A stretch of DNA of 64,000 nucleotides from Antedon mediterranea (lineage: Eukaryota; Animalia; Echinodermata). A model generated the notes under the pieces. That model searched no databases. It was given only the letters and a program-made list of their open reading frames with translations, and was not told where the DNA came from. Positions within the stretch are counted from its first letter, which is position 1, and every line of letters starts with the position of its first letter. The stretch spans positions 8,471,888 to 8,535,887 of the forward strand of contig NC_092676.1 in the NCBI RefSeq assembly GCF_964355755.1, written 5' to 3'. Positions 11,241 to 23,753 of this stretch are shown piece by piece. A program made the position numbers and the translations under genes.

Positions 11241-11391
11241 CGACATCTTCAAACAGTTGCTGAAAACCCATCTCTTTTGCATAGCATACGAAATTGATAT
11301 TTTCTACCTATTTCGAGCCTTGTGGTCATAGCGCTTTAGAGAAAATTTATTTTAGTTAAACGCTAAACAAAAGATAATTATTATTATTATT
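11241..11391 (+). mobile_element. L2-type 3' end
   Basis: FKQLLKTHLF peptide, AGCGCTTTAGA..AAACGCTA, (TTA)n tail. Confidence 0.75.
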
Positions 11392-11914
11392 CTACTGTAT
11401 AGTGATTGGCATTACTACTGTACTTATTTTATTCTTACTGCAGATGTCTGTAATTTGTATTCAAGGACCATTTCATATTTAAATGTTTTGATTTGTTCAA
11501 TTATTTATGCCTTGGTTTAGAGCATGCTGGAATACATTGGTTGGCTTTCCTAATTTATATTCATATCCCTTGTTTTCCTTCATGTTTTAACTTCAGATTG
11601 TTATTACTGTTATAAATTGTATATTCATGGGATGTTGCATATCGTATGTTTCCAACAGCATGCTTCCTTCAGCAAACATTGCTTTTTGTATCAATAAAAA
11701 TGTAACAAATGAGCATGGACCTAAATAAGAACAATACTTGTACCTGAGTACACCTGATGCTAGCAGCCTGCTGGCGATATTTCTTTTGGTACATAATTTG
11801 GGGACCCCTCATGAAACGTCACAAAATAAACATGAATATTCATTAATCATATCCATACGGTGTGACGTAAGAATTGAGGTAACTACAATTCACCAATGCA
11901 AACGCTTCTGTTGA

Positions 11915-11989
11915 GGCGTCTGTGTAGTCGAATGGATTAGACTATGGACTTTACATGTCGATGTACGGGGTTCGAATCCCATGAGCAAC
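11915..11989 (+). pseudogene. Degenerate tRNA-like sequence / SINE head in PHF21A intron
   Basis: TAGTCGAATGG A box and GGTTCGAATCCC B box; stems do not pair well. Confidence 0.55.
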
Positions 11990-12330
11990 TTCTTTTTACT
12001 TTATAGTAAGGTTAGGTTTAGTTATATTTAGGAAGTAGTTTGGCTATCTTTCACATAGGGAGTCCCCAACTTATGTACGAAAAATAAAATCGCAGCCTGC
12101 TGAACTTTTAATAATAATTTTTGTTTTATTAATTTTGGATAAACTCTGAATGTTTTAAAATGTTTCAGAAAAAGTCTAGTTTGGCTTCTTTTTGTTTCTT
12201 TGTTTCCTGTTGCTGGCGTAGGTCGTTTATTGTAAAACTGTTTCACTGTAAGTTAAATATCAGGTTGCCTAAATGACGTTTGCCTTTAAAAAAAATTATT
12301 TTTGTTACTCTTTCATTTTCATATATGTAG

Positions 12331-12507
12331 GCAAAACATACAAATAGCCCAGTACAACCTTGGAACGGTCAACTCAAAGTTTCACAGAATCAACAGAAAG
12401 CGTCTAAAGAAGACGAGAAAAAGCGATTAATACGAAGATCGTCCGAACTAAAGAAAGAGAGAATTCTGTTGGAAACTAAAGCTAAGCAACTTAATGATGC
12501 AATCACT
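12331..12507 (+). CDS. PHF21A: Coiled-coil exon (AKHTNSPVQPWNGQLKV...KEDEKKRLIRRSSELKKERILLETKAKQLNDAIT)
   Basis: GTAG acceptor, GTAAGT donor at 12508; 177 nt, phase 0/0; resembles the PHF21A PWPG..[20 protein letters not shown] region. Confidence 0.92.
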
Positions 12508-12772
12508 GTAAGTACAACATACTACTACTCCCTCTATTGTCAAGAGGTGTCTCATTTCAAACAATACGTGCTATACTATACATTAGCATAAAATAAATAA
12601 TTTTTAAATCGTTACCAGACTATTCCCGAACCAGTTTATGTTTAGTATTTACTGTTTAAATTAAATATCTATATTATGAGAGAACACATGCATACATTAG
12701 GTATCAAAATTGAAAGTACAAATGGAAAACAAAATTGTACTGGGAAAGTTTTGAGGCAAAGGTTTAAAACTA

Positions 12773-12894
12773 CCGTAAAACCAGAAGCCCAGTTCAAAAA
12801 AGTTCAAAAAGAAGCCCAAGTCGAACTGGGCTTCTTTTCAAGATATCATTTGCTTCTTTTCAAGATAGCATGGGCTTTTTTCAAGGTTTTACGG
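12773..12894. mobile_element. Tc1/mariner-pogo type MITE (TA|CCGTAAAACC...GGTTTTACGG|TA)
   Basis: Perfect 10-bp TIR, TA TSD, internal AGAAGCCCA/TGGGCTTCT motifs; related copy ~35910-36151. Confidence 0.85.
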
Positions 12895-13141
12895 TACATT
12901 TATACTAGTCCCGAGATGGGGAATGGGGGTTGAGGTGACAAAATACCAGAATTGTAGTGGGAAGATTTTACATTCTGACGTGGGTATCTTTGCTAGTTTA
13001 GAAATAAAAAAAAACGGATTTAATCATTAGAATTTGAACCATCAATAATGAAATAGTAGAATATTTAAGACATTTTATTATGAAACAAAGAATATTTATA
13101 ATATGATGTTAATGTTTCTTTTCTTTTTATTTTCACAACAG

Positions 13142-13330
13142 CATCAACTTGAAGCCAAACGAGAGCTAAATGATTCATTCAAGAAAACGGAATCAACTAT
13201 TGAACAACTCAAAAGTTTTCTTTCACTTGTCAACTCAAGTCCATCTACGACAGACTCTAACCAGCCACCACCTTCACCTGCAACAACTGCTGCTCCACTT
13301 ACGCCCCCTATCGGAGCGCCGTCGTCATGA
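13142..13330 (+). CDS. PHF21A: Last coding exon (HQLEAKRELNDSFKKTESTIEQLKSFLSLV...P/S/T-rich tail, TGA)
   Basis: Pyrimidine tract + CAG acceptor at 13139-13141; in frame to TGA at 13328-13330. Confidence 0.9.
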   Translation, partial: HQLEAKRELNDSFKKTESTIEQLKSFLSLVNSSPSTTDSNQPPPSPATTAAPLTPPIGAPSS

Positions 13331-14532
13331 TGTTAACACCCGCTCTGCCTCCCGTTGACCCACTAATCTATTTACTCCCTATGATGATAATATTATACTG
13401 TTCACAGCTTCGATTTGTAACAACAACATTTAATTTTTAAACTCATGACATATAACATGAGATGGTTTCAACATTTTGTGTTTACATCTCTGTATAGGTC
13501 AAAGGTCATGCTTTATTCTGCTCTAAATGGTAATTCTAATGAAAACAGCAATAAGAAAAATGAAAACTTCACTATCGAAACAAGCAATATATTAACAAAG
13601 CAGGTTTAATCATATTTAAATGAGAAAAAAAAAGTTGTCCGTAATGATGAGTAATGGTGTTAAAAACTACAGCATTTATGAATAATACCATGTCATATAC
13701 TACTGACTATGGAATATAATATATTCAGTTTGTAAACAACTAAACTAGCATTATCCTTATAGTATAGTGTTCAGTTGGATTGTAATTTATTAATTGCCGT
13801 TTTGAACTGACCTGAATTGGCAATAGTTTTCTGATAATCTGAAATCTAGTTTTCTACGTAGAATCAGGTGATCGTCTGTCCTTCAAAAAAGATTGACTTT
13901 TCCAAAAAATTGTTAATATTTACTGGAAAATATCATAAATTTGGAATCTGTAAGTTCTTTCAAGTCTAACAATTGTTTAATTGGAAAAGCAAAAGTAATG
14001 GCAAATGTCTATTCTAGCTTTTGGTTGAATTGTGGGTGGGAGAAATGAATGGCTCATTCAATACCAGTTCTTGTGCTTTTTATTGTTGAAACAATTATTA
14101 ATTCAACAAAATGTAATTTATTTGATACCATTTTTACCAAAGATAGTGTAAAATATTTTGAATGGTTTCAAATATCTACAAAGGTATATAACTATAAATT
14201 TATCCTGAATGAGATACAAAAACAATCTATAGATACAAAATAGAGTTATGTTATTATATAATTTGCTTCTTTTTGATTATTTTGAGTTTATTTATTTGTA
14301 ATTGTTTGCTTAATAGTGAATATCATTATGCTATTTTGTTATGTATTTAAAATATTAATATGATTTTTCTTAAAACTTTTCATTTTTAAATAATTATAAT
14401 TATTTAAAAATGTCTTTTAGTCAGTTGTTATTATTGATGTACTACGTAAAGGGGTATAGCTGCCCCTGGAGTATAATAATACCATGGGAAGCCTGGGTAG
14501 TTTGAATGTAACATGATTAATAGTGATCCTAA

Positions 14533-14692
14533 AGCTCTGTCTACACTATTAAACTTTATTTGACAAAAAGTGGGATGTGCCCATATATGGACATGACAAT
14601 GTCATAGCACTACCGTATTTGGTAATGTCACTACCGTATTTGGTAATATCACTACCATATTTGGGCACATAATTGATAATGTAGACACAGCT
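14533..14692. mobile_element. MITE family A copy in 3' UTR, opposite internal orientation
   Basis: Same TIRs; internal CACTACCRTATTTGG units repeated three times. Confidence 0.85.
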
Positions 14693-16653
14693 TTACAGTA
14701 GTTGTAATGTATTCAAGGTTGATGGGCTTGATTGGGCTTGTATCTGGGTTATTATTACAAACGTTTCTATAGCTAATTCTGTTGGCAAAACCTATACATG
14801 TTACACCATTGCCTTGACTGTTATAAACATACTAATGATGGGGTTGTTGTACTACACCTACCTCTTAATATAACATATACTGTACTTAATTGGACAAAAG
14901 GCCTATATATTTAAACTCGTTTGATAGCTATCATTTGTCCCTATCCAGAGGGACTATGCATGCTGTCTAGCAGCTGATGAAACAGCCTTAAATTCATCTT
15001 TTTAGGCAGATAACATTACAAGAATAGTAAAACAGGTTTTGGGTGGAAGGGGTAGGTGGGAAGGGGTATTATCTGACATAAAGGTGTATCAGTATATTGT
15101 CCTTGTAACAGGTAAAAAGTTTATATCCATCATTTCTATAATTATATCTTGCCACACAAATAGTAGATAGATCTATGAAATATCTGTATCTGTAACGTAC
15201 AAACACCATCTATGGTTATCGCGTACGGGTACACCTAAAGTTCTTTTTGTTTTATTTTTAGGCCTGCCTTTTAAATATAATATTTCAGGGTAATATTACA
15301 TGTGCCTTTTCTGTTTACCTAAGGATTATTAATTTGATTGTCAAATATTATATGTTTTTTTCTTTCTGGTGATTGGTTTATTCCACAGTAGTCTTTATTT
15401 CCTTACTTTATTTTCACACCTATCATGATGTTATTGTTATATAATTTATTGGTTATTAATAATTGTATTTATTAAACAAATGCTGTAGTTATTGATGAAA
15501 CTACTGATGTTAAGTAAGGGGTAAGGTGGGAAGGGGTATTGTCTGACATAAAGGTGTATCAGTATATTGTTGATGGGTTTATTCTCGCTTTCTCAGCTGT
15601 TGAGTCTAACAGTCATTCTGCACACTGTCAAAGACATATAGTGTTACACATAGAATGATTGTTAGACTCAATAGCTGCATAGTAGCATGGTGCATTTTGA
15701 AAACAAAATGTCGCCGTTAACTAGTGCCAGTAAAATCATAGATATTAAACAATGACGTCTCATTTTTATTATTCCATATTTATTATTGAAATAACTTAAG
15801 TCGTGTGTTTTCACAAAGTTTGTGAAAATGAATTAAGTTAATAGAGGTTTGTTTTTTTTAATTTAATTTAAATTATGGAAGGTGGATGGTTCATAGGTTT
15901 TATAGAATAATTATTAATTCAAATTAATACCACAAGACAATCAGATAAAAGATAAAATGAATGGAGTTGTTGTTATTTGTTTTCTATTCAAGTATAGCAT
16001 TTTAAAGCACTGTAAAAGATATGATAAATTTATAGAGAAACGCATTACAAACCGTTTATTAGTCATTTCTGGGTGGGTGGTTTTTAGGTTTATATTTATT
16101 TTAGTTGGTATTCATTTTTGTACCCTAAAAGAGGATATATGATGAAAGATAGGGTGCACATTTTTATTTACCATCCCAAATGCAAACAACACCTAAACAT
16201 CACTTTTTAAATGTATAGGAGGTTTTATTTGTATTGATTTCTCCTACTAACACTTTGTACATTATCTTCTTGAGCACACCAAAAATAATACTGTTATAGT
16301 ACTTTGAAATGTTTGAATGTTAATATATATATATAGCTTTGTTATAACCATCTGTTTCTACACATTTAGTTTCTTTTCACTTTTGCATAATTTGTGATTT
16401 TGGTGCAATTTTTACATTTTTAAAAACAATTAAATGTGAGTTCAATGAAGATAGGTATGATACTGTTTTCAATTGAACACTGTAGACAAATTATCTGTAT
16501 ATATTTGTTGTGTGGATCATAGCTTTTTTATAGAACTTGTTTTTGGTTCTAATACTAGGTATATTAGAATATAAGGATTGTTTCTTTCATAGATTTAGAC
16601 TGTAAATTTACAAATGAACAGATTGAAATTTAATCGGTTATTATGTATTGTAC

Positions 16654-16659
16654 AATAAA
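16654..16659 (+). terminator. Candidate polyadenylation signal of PHF21A-like gene (3' UTR ~3.3 kb)
   Basis: AATAAA preceded by TGTA motifs and followed by a T-rich tract. Confidence 0.45.
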
Positions 16660-17007
16660 GAAAGTACCCTAGCATACATTTAAAAGTATTTTTTTGTTGA
16701 GATTTTATAATATAAACATTTCACATGTGTATTTACAGTAATGAATTATGGACTTGACCATTGTCCTGCTGAGACAAATTGTTGATGACCAACCTGTCTT
16801 TGACCGCATGACAATGGCATTTTATTTATAATTGGTCAAAATCAGTTTGACCAGATAAAATGGCTATAGTATGCTTGTAGATACCATTATATTTTAATTT
16901 TCCTCTTATATTTTAATTACAGCGTCGGAAAAAAGATTTAGTTATCTTTCAGATGAAACATCTAGCTTGTGGTGGAGTTCAGGTGGAATTCTGTACATGT
17001 TTGGGGA

Positions 17008-18070
17008 AACTGATCATCTATGTGCATGATCACCATTAGAAAGATGGTAATTGACAAGCTAACTGATCATCTATGTGCATTATCACCATTAGAAAGATGG
17101 TAATTGACAAGCTAACTGATCATCTATGTGCATGATCACCATTAGAAAGATGGTAATTGACAAGCTAACTGATCATCTATGTGCATTATCACCATTAGAA
17201 AGATGGTAATTGACAAGCTAACTGATCATCTATGTGCATGATCACCATTAGAAAGATGGTAATTGACAAGCTAACTGATCATCTATGTGCATGATCACCA
17301 TTAGAAAGATGGTAATTGACAAGCTAACTGATCATCTATGTGCATGATCACCATTAGAAAGATGGTAATTGACAAGCTAACTGATCATCTATGTGCATTA
17401 TCACCATTAGAAAGATGGTAATTGACAAGCTAACTGATCATCTATGTGCATGATCACCATTAGAAAGATGGTAATTGACAAGCTAACTGATCATCTATGT
17501 GCATGATCACCATTAGAAAGATGGTAATTGACAAGCTAACTGATCATCTATGTGCATGATCACCATTAGAAAGATGGTAATTGACAAGCTAACTGATCAT
17601 CTATGTGCATGATCACCATTAGAAAGATGGTAATTGACAAGCTAACTGATCATCTATGTGCATTATCACCATTAGAAAGATGGTAATTGACAAGCTAACT
17701 GATCATCTATGTGCATGATCACCATTAGAAAGATGGTAATTGACAAGCTAACTGATCATCTATGTGCATGATCACCATTAGAAAGATGGTAATTGACAAG
17801 CTAACTGATCATCTATGTGCATGATCACCATTAGAAAGATGGTAATTGACAAGCTAACTGATCATCTATGTGCATTATCACCATTAGAAAGATGGTAATT
17901 GACAAGCTAACTGATCATCTATGTGCATGATCACCATTAGAAAGATGGTAATTGACAAGCTAACTGATCATCTATGTGCATGATCACCATTAGAAAGATG
18001 GTAATTGACAAGCTAACTGATCATCTATGTGCATGATCACCATTAGAAAGATGGTAATTGACGACAAGCT
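17008..18070. repeat. 53-bp minisatellite x20, nearly homogeneous
   Basis: Unit AACTGATCATCTATGTGCAT[G/T]ATCACCATTAGAAAGATGGTAATTGACAAGCT; no spacers. Confidence 0.98.
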
Positions 18071-18284
18071 TGTACATAGGTTTCATTGGTATGTGTAAAC
18101 CCAACAGCTTTTATTAATTAATGATAAAAAATATTGCTTATATATCAAGATTTGCATTCAGTTAAAACAAATTTATTTTATTCAGTAGTGTTTCTGGCAA
18201 TTATTTCTTTTAGTTAATTTGCATATTATTTGCATATAATTACATGTGTCCATTTCCTTTGTGTTACATTCCTTTGTGTTTGTG

Positions 18285-18320
18285 CATAGATATATTATAG
18301 TTCACTATAATATCTCTATG
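18285..18320. mobile_element. 36-bp palindromic CATAGA...TCTATG micro-element, 7-bp TSD GTTTGTG
   Basis: TSD read directly on both flanks. Confidence 0.85.
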
Positions 18321-18346
18321 GTTTGTGCAAAAGAAGTCAGTTGAGC

Positions 18347-18377
18347 CATAGAGATATTATAGTATAATATCTCTATG
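18347..18377. mobile_element. 31-bp palindromic CATAGA...TCTATG micro-element, 7-bp TSD GTTGAGC
   Basis: TSD read directly on both flanks. Confidence 0.85.
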
Positions 18378-18466
18378 GTTGAGCCTTGGCCATTACACAG
18401 GAAATACTTATTGTGTACCTGTTTTGTGTACTTGTACTCCAGACAAGACCATGTGTTCACAGTGCC

Positions 18467-18821
18467 CAGGGGCGGACGGAGGGGTGTTGCCCCAGTTGCC
18501 CGGGCAACACCCTTAATTTCATACTAAATGTTTTTTTCTACCATTAAATTAAAATTTAGATCCCATTTCATCTTATTATTAACCATTAACGTTATAGAAG
18601 TCCACGGTTGGAAGAGTCTATATGTAAATTGACAGACTGCAGCGTAAAATTAACCGCGCACAATTTAACGGCGGCGGTCAGCGTAATTTTTTTAATGTTT
18701 TATATACATGTTTCTGAACATGCTCAGAATGAATTTCTGACTGTTTGGATGCAAACACTTGGTTTCTATATGGCCCTAGACTCTAGGGCAACCCCTTATA
18801 ATAGTCCTGCGACCGCCCCTG
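18467..18821. mobile_element. MITE with CAGGGGCGG termini (hAT-like), 5-bp TSD GTGCC
   Basis: GTGCC|CAGGGGCGG...CCGCCCCTG|GTGCC; subterminal GGGCAAC motifs. Confidence 0.8.
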
Positions 18822-21107
18822 GTGCCTTAGTTATTAGCAAACAAAACATATTGTTTTTATGTGTTCACAGTGTTTTGGTAATAGAAGACAAGACCTATTA
18901 GTTTATATGTGTTCCAGTTGTTTAGGACTTCTAGAAAAGACCTATATGTTGTCAGTGTTTTGTACTGCCAGACCTATTTTTCATGCTTGTCAAGCTCAAC
19001 CCTAAAGGTAAGATTACCTTTTCCCATTTAAACTACATTCAGTTGAGACTTATAAACAAATAGTAGTTTCAGTAAATTGAAATAACTATAATATATTTAT
19101 ATATTTATAATGCGTTTTATACACATCTCAATAGCTGCCACCAAACGGCACTAATTAGATCGTACTGCCTGCCGGTCAATTCAAACGTTACTGCAGTGTA
19201 GTTGACACCAGGTCAGTGTCTGTCAATGAAATAACCGTTATTTTACGTTGCAGCTGAAAGTTGCACAGCAATAACTGGTTAATTGGCATTCTAACACTGA
19301 AAAAAGAAAAAGAAAAAAATGTTTAAAAAAATAGATTGAAAAGAAAAAAAATTTATTTTAAAAAATCGATTTAACCGGTTATTGAAAATTTGTCCTGTTT
19401 TTGCTCCCAAGAAATTGGTGTTAATGTAATATTCACACCAGTTATTTTTTTGCAGCAGAAACAGGACCCATGTCAATCCACAACTTTTAATGAACAATTT
19501 TCCCTGGAATTTGTCTTCAGACTGCTGGCTTCAGGCCTAAATGTGATGATTACCAGTAGTATAGGACATACCCATCTTAGTCCAGTGTAGACATTCCATG
19601 CAGCTTGTCATGTATCCTTTATTCAATCATTTACATTGATAGACTACTAATTGTGTTTTACAATTGGAAAACATTTTTTTCATATTGTTTATAATGGTAG
19701 ATTAAAAACAACCTTAGTTCTACTTTATTGCAATACCAGACAAACATATTAGTTTCATTTCTATTAATAGATTTTAATGTCTTCTACCAAAAATGTTGGT
19801 GTCGGATATTGAAGAGATTCTTAGAAGGGCAAATATTATGCCATTTATTGTCTCAAATTAATCAAGTTATCGCAGTTAGATTCTTAAATAGGTTAATTTA
19901 TCTTGATCCACATTGGATACATGGACACTATTCAAAGTAGGTTCTTCCCTGAACTTGTGTTTTAATCAGCTATGTTATGCTCAGTAATCATTGACAAACC
20001 AACCAATACATAGCCCCAAGCTGGTATGTGTTGTGCTGATGAGAACATGATGTCATTAAGTTTAATATACAAATTCAGCGCAACATTTCAGGCAGCCTTA
20101 TTAATTTAGAATGCAATGATGTATGTAATAATGTTAATATTATTATGTTGTTTTATTTCGTCACTTTCTAGTAACGATAACAGGGAGCTCATGTCTGGAA
20201 AGTCTGGTGGGAACAATTTTGGTATACAGATTTTACTGATTTTTGTTTAAAGCCTATATGTTTGATATGTGGTTTTGTAAAGTACGGTAGTGACATGATA
20301 GGTTCATGGCAAAAGTAAAATTTCCCATCCTAAAACTTGGCCCAGCGAGTTGTCCTATATGCACGAATCATACCTGCGTCGTATGGTAATTATTGATAAG
20401 CACTTGGCTCTAATCTCTGTGCCAATTCATTAAATCAAATCAAATAATTATATTTCTGATTAACATTTATTAGTACTTTAGCCCGTCACCTGCAGGGAAT
20501 CCAGTTACTTTGTCGCCAATTATGAAAAATAGACCCAGAGCATATCAAGGTCAACTTTGCTTTCTTTAGTGAGTCTATTTCACCCATTATCTTGAACACT
20601 TCATTAAACTGTGTAACAAAATATAATTATCTGGGACAAATCCAATGGGGTACATGGGGTGGGAGAAGGTATGGTGTTGTGAAGATGTATCCAGAAATCT
20701 TCAGAAGACTGGTGATCATCTTTTCCACCGACAACATCACTTGTAGACAAAAACCATTCATAATTCAATTAAAATGTACAAAGGTCCTAATATTTAAACA
20801 GTACATCTTAAAGCAAATTTGTTAAACATACTTTTGATGAATTGTTATTGCTACCTTTTATTTATCTGTGATGTTTGATTGTTTTGATTATTTTGTGTCT
20901 TTTTTAAACAGGCTTATATTCGGGAGTTTTTTTGGCTCTAATATGGTAACATGTATAATAATTAATATGAAAAAAAACAAAACACTATCAAGAAGTGATA
21001 AAATAAAGCAAAAATTGTATCAAAATGCTTGGTAAATTGTAGATCATGTCAATTAATTAATTCAACTAGAAATAGAAATGTGTTGTAATACAATATTGTA
21101 TGCATTT

Positions 21108-21202
21108 TGTGGGGGCGTTTATTCCAAATGATGTTCTATGGGGGCGTTTATTCGAGGGAGGCATTTATTCAAAGCGGGGCATTTATTGGAAGAAATAAAG
21201 TT
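21108..21202. mobile_element. End of a pogo/Tigger-like MITE with repeated GGGGCGTTTATT motifs
   Basis: Four GGCRTTTATT motifs ending in TATTGGAAGAAATA. Confidence 0.5.
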
Positions 21203-22409
21203 TTTAGTCCTTTTTTTTATAGTTTTCAATTTGAAGTAGGTTTTGATATTAAAAAACTAAGTTTTCTAGATCTAGAAAACTCAGAGGCACCTTATAAACC
21301 TTTTTACTGTAGTGGTATTAGACTTTTCTCTATAATATAATAATATTATTATCTGTGTATGATACTAGAGTTTATTATGTATATAATCTAATTCTGTATA
21401 TATAATATTTTCTATAACAGCTTTAATGAGCATGTTATTGGATGTGAAGTGTACAATTATATAGTTTAATTAACTATAGAGTTATTAGATTTTAATTCTT
21501 ACCATGCAACATAACAACAATGATTCAATTTGTTATAGTTCACATTGATACAGCTGTCATCCCAGTATGGGTTTTACATGTTGAGAAATCAACCTCCTAT
21601 CTACGCACTCGGCTCTCATGTCTCCATCCCCACAACGAATACGGTTTTCTTTGGCCTGCGCTTGCAGTAATTCGGGTGTTAGTCTCGCTAATTAACGAAA
21701 TCATCATTAGTGTCAGCTGTTCGTACAAGTCAAGATTCTCTTCAAATTCCCAGGGTCGACATATATATTCCTTTATTTAGTATTGTTTTTTTTTTTTGGG
21801 CGATGTGGGGTACCCATTAAAAATTTTAATCAGATATGGTTACAAATACTCTACTTTTACAAAACAAAGGCTGTTGTGGATTAACAGTATTTATACAAAG
21901 GGATCATGTCAAAATGATTCTACTGCAGTTACTGCAGTAAAAACATTTATTTACTGAAATAACAGGATTTTAGTTTATTTCAATATGTAATCATTCATTT
22001 TAATTATTAATCACAAATGTATCTACTACAATGGGTTAAAGTTGATAGATTTTTAGTAGACCCACATAGGATAGAGCTTAAGACTGTTGTTTTATTTTAT
22101 CTATTTATAGGAATCACCTTTATATCGGTGGCACACATTTATCAGTTAATGGTGCATCCAATTTATAGACAAAATTACAAAAAAACATAAGCCACAAAAG
22201 TCTAAATACTAATACATAAATAACATCAAAACAAAATGTAAACTAATTAATAATTAGATCTGTATGAAAATTATACATAATACGTAAATTGTACAATACT
22301 TAATTGTTATACATACACTTTTGAGTCCTGGTTTCTTACTATACAAGAGGCAGTCATTGCAATAAATACTAAAAAAACCTGGCTAAATAATTGCATAAAC
22401 CGGTTATAG

Positions 22410-22786
22410 AATAAATAAAATGATAATAAAAATAAATCAGGCTTGATAGAGTGCATTATGTTAATAGCACCATGCAATGCGCTTTACATTAAAACAAAAA
22501 TATACAGAGAAAAATTAGCCAAAAGTTAACTTAAAAAGATGGGTTTTTAATAATTGTTTGAATGTAACGACGGTGGGTGCTTGTTGAATTGCAGGTGGTA
22601 AGTCATTACAAAGAGCAATTGAGGCACAAAAGAATGAGCGACTTCTATAAAACTGTGTAGAAGGGCGGACAGAGTGTGAGAGACTCAGAAGAAGACCTCA
22701 GAGTTCTTTTAGGAGCATATAATTTGATGGGTTCATTTATGAATGAGTTGTGCATGGCTTATGTAAGCAACAGAATCTTAAAATGT
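22410..22786 (-). mobile_element. L2/CR1-clade LINE 3' fragment (degenerate ORF2 C-terminus + tail)
   Basis: Minus strand translates piecewise to FKILLLT..YAPKRTLRSS..NDLPPAIQQAPTVVTFKQLLKTHLFKLTFG*, then TGTAAAGCGC tail. Confidence 0.85.
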
Positions 22787-22906
22787 AGTTACTGCAGTAG
22801 AATAATGTGATGACCCTTTACTGCAGTAAACAGCAGCAGAATGAATACATGGTCTCTTAAAAATGTTTAATGATACTATATTTTAATTATTTAATAATTG
22901 AAATAA

Positions 22907-23226
22907 ATAGCGTTTATTTTATCGGTTACAAATTTAGCATAATGCTGATAAATGAACGCTATTAATAATTAAAATCATTGCATTTTTATGGATTCATTTC
23001 CTTCCCCCTTTCCATGATAAAACAAATGGTAGCTGTCTCTTCCATTAATGACGACAATCATTTTGTAACAATACAATTTACATTTTAATCAGTGTTTTTT
23101 AAATGGCTTGATTGTATCCACCAGCTAACATGCAAATTAGAGTACAAATTACATTTTTTATCACTCTTCTATTGAAAATATGCATCAGCATTATGCTAAA
23201 TTCGTAACCGATAAAATGAACGCTAT
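22907..23226. mobile_element. MITE with 43-bp TIR
   Basis: ATAGCGTTTATTTTATCGGTTACAAATTTAGCATAATGCTGAT versus its inverted copy at 23184-23226, 2 mismatches. Confidence 0.8.
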
Positions 23227-23423
23227 AGAGTGTAGTTTAATGGGCATTGTGAGATAGTTCACGGTCTTTATTCTGTGGTAGTAATAAATGTTATATCATT
23301 CATAGAATTTTTGCATCATAAATATATAAATATAACTGTTTGAAATGATTAGATAAATAAATGTGTTGTTATTCTTGGTTTGGGAAGTTTTTTCATTCTT
23401 GATTGTCTCATCTGTTCTCATTA

Positions 23424-23595
23424 AGCTCTGTCTACGCTATCAAACTAGTTTGACAAAAAAAGTGTGATGTGCCCAAATATGGTAGTGATATGGCCAAATA
23501 TGGTAGAGATATGACCAAATATGGTAGTTGTATTACATCATCATGTCTATTATGGGCACATCACATTTTTTTTGTCACACAAACTTTGATAGTGT
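23424..23595. mobile_element. MITE family A copy, right end truncated
   Basis: Left TIR intact; internal 20-bp CCAAATATGGTAGTGATATG repeated three times. Confidence 0.8.
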
Positions 23596-23671
23596 TTAAT
23601 ATTAATTTTAGCATTATTTCCTTTTAATGTATATCTTTAATTATATTCAATAAATTATTAAATATGTACCT

Positions 23672-23753
23672 TAATAATAATAATAATAATAATAATTATT
23701 ATTATTATTAAGATTTATAGAGCGCACATATCCACAAAGTGCTCAAGGCGCTT
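23672..23753 (-). mobile_element. L2-type/SINE tail remnant with (AAT)n/(TTA)n
   Basis: Minus strand AAGCGCCTTGAGCAC..GTGCGCTCTATAAAT followed by triplet repeat. Confidence 0.6.

Noticed and set aside
17008-18070. CRISPR-like appearance of regular repeats
   Set aside because: Units are contiguous with no unique spacers, there are no cas genes, and the context is eukaryotic
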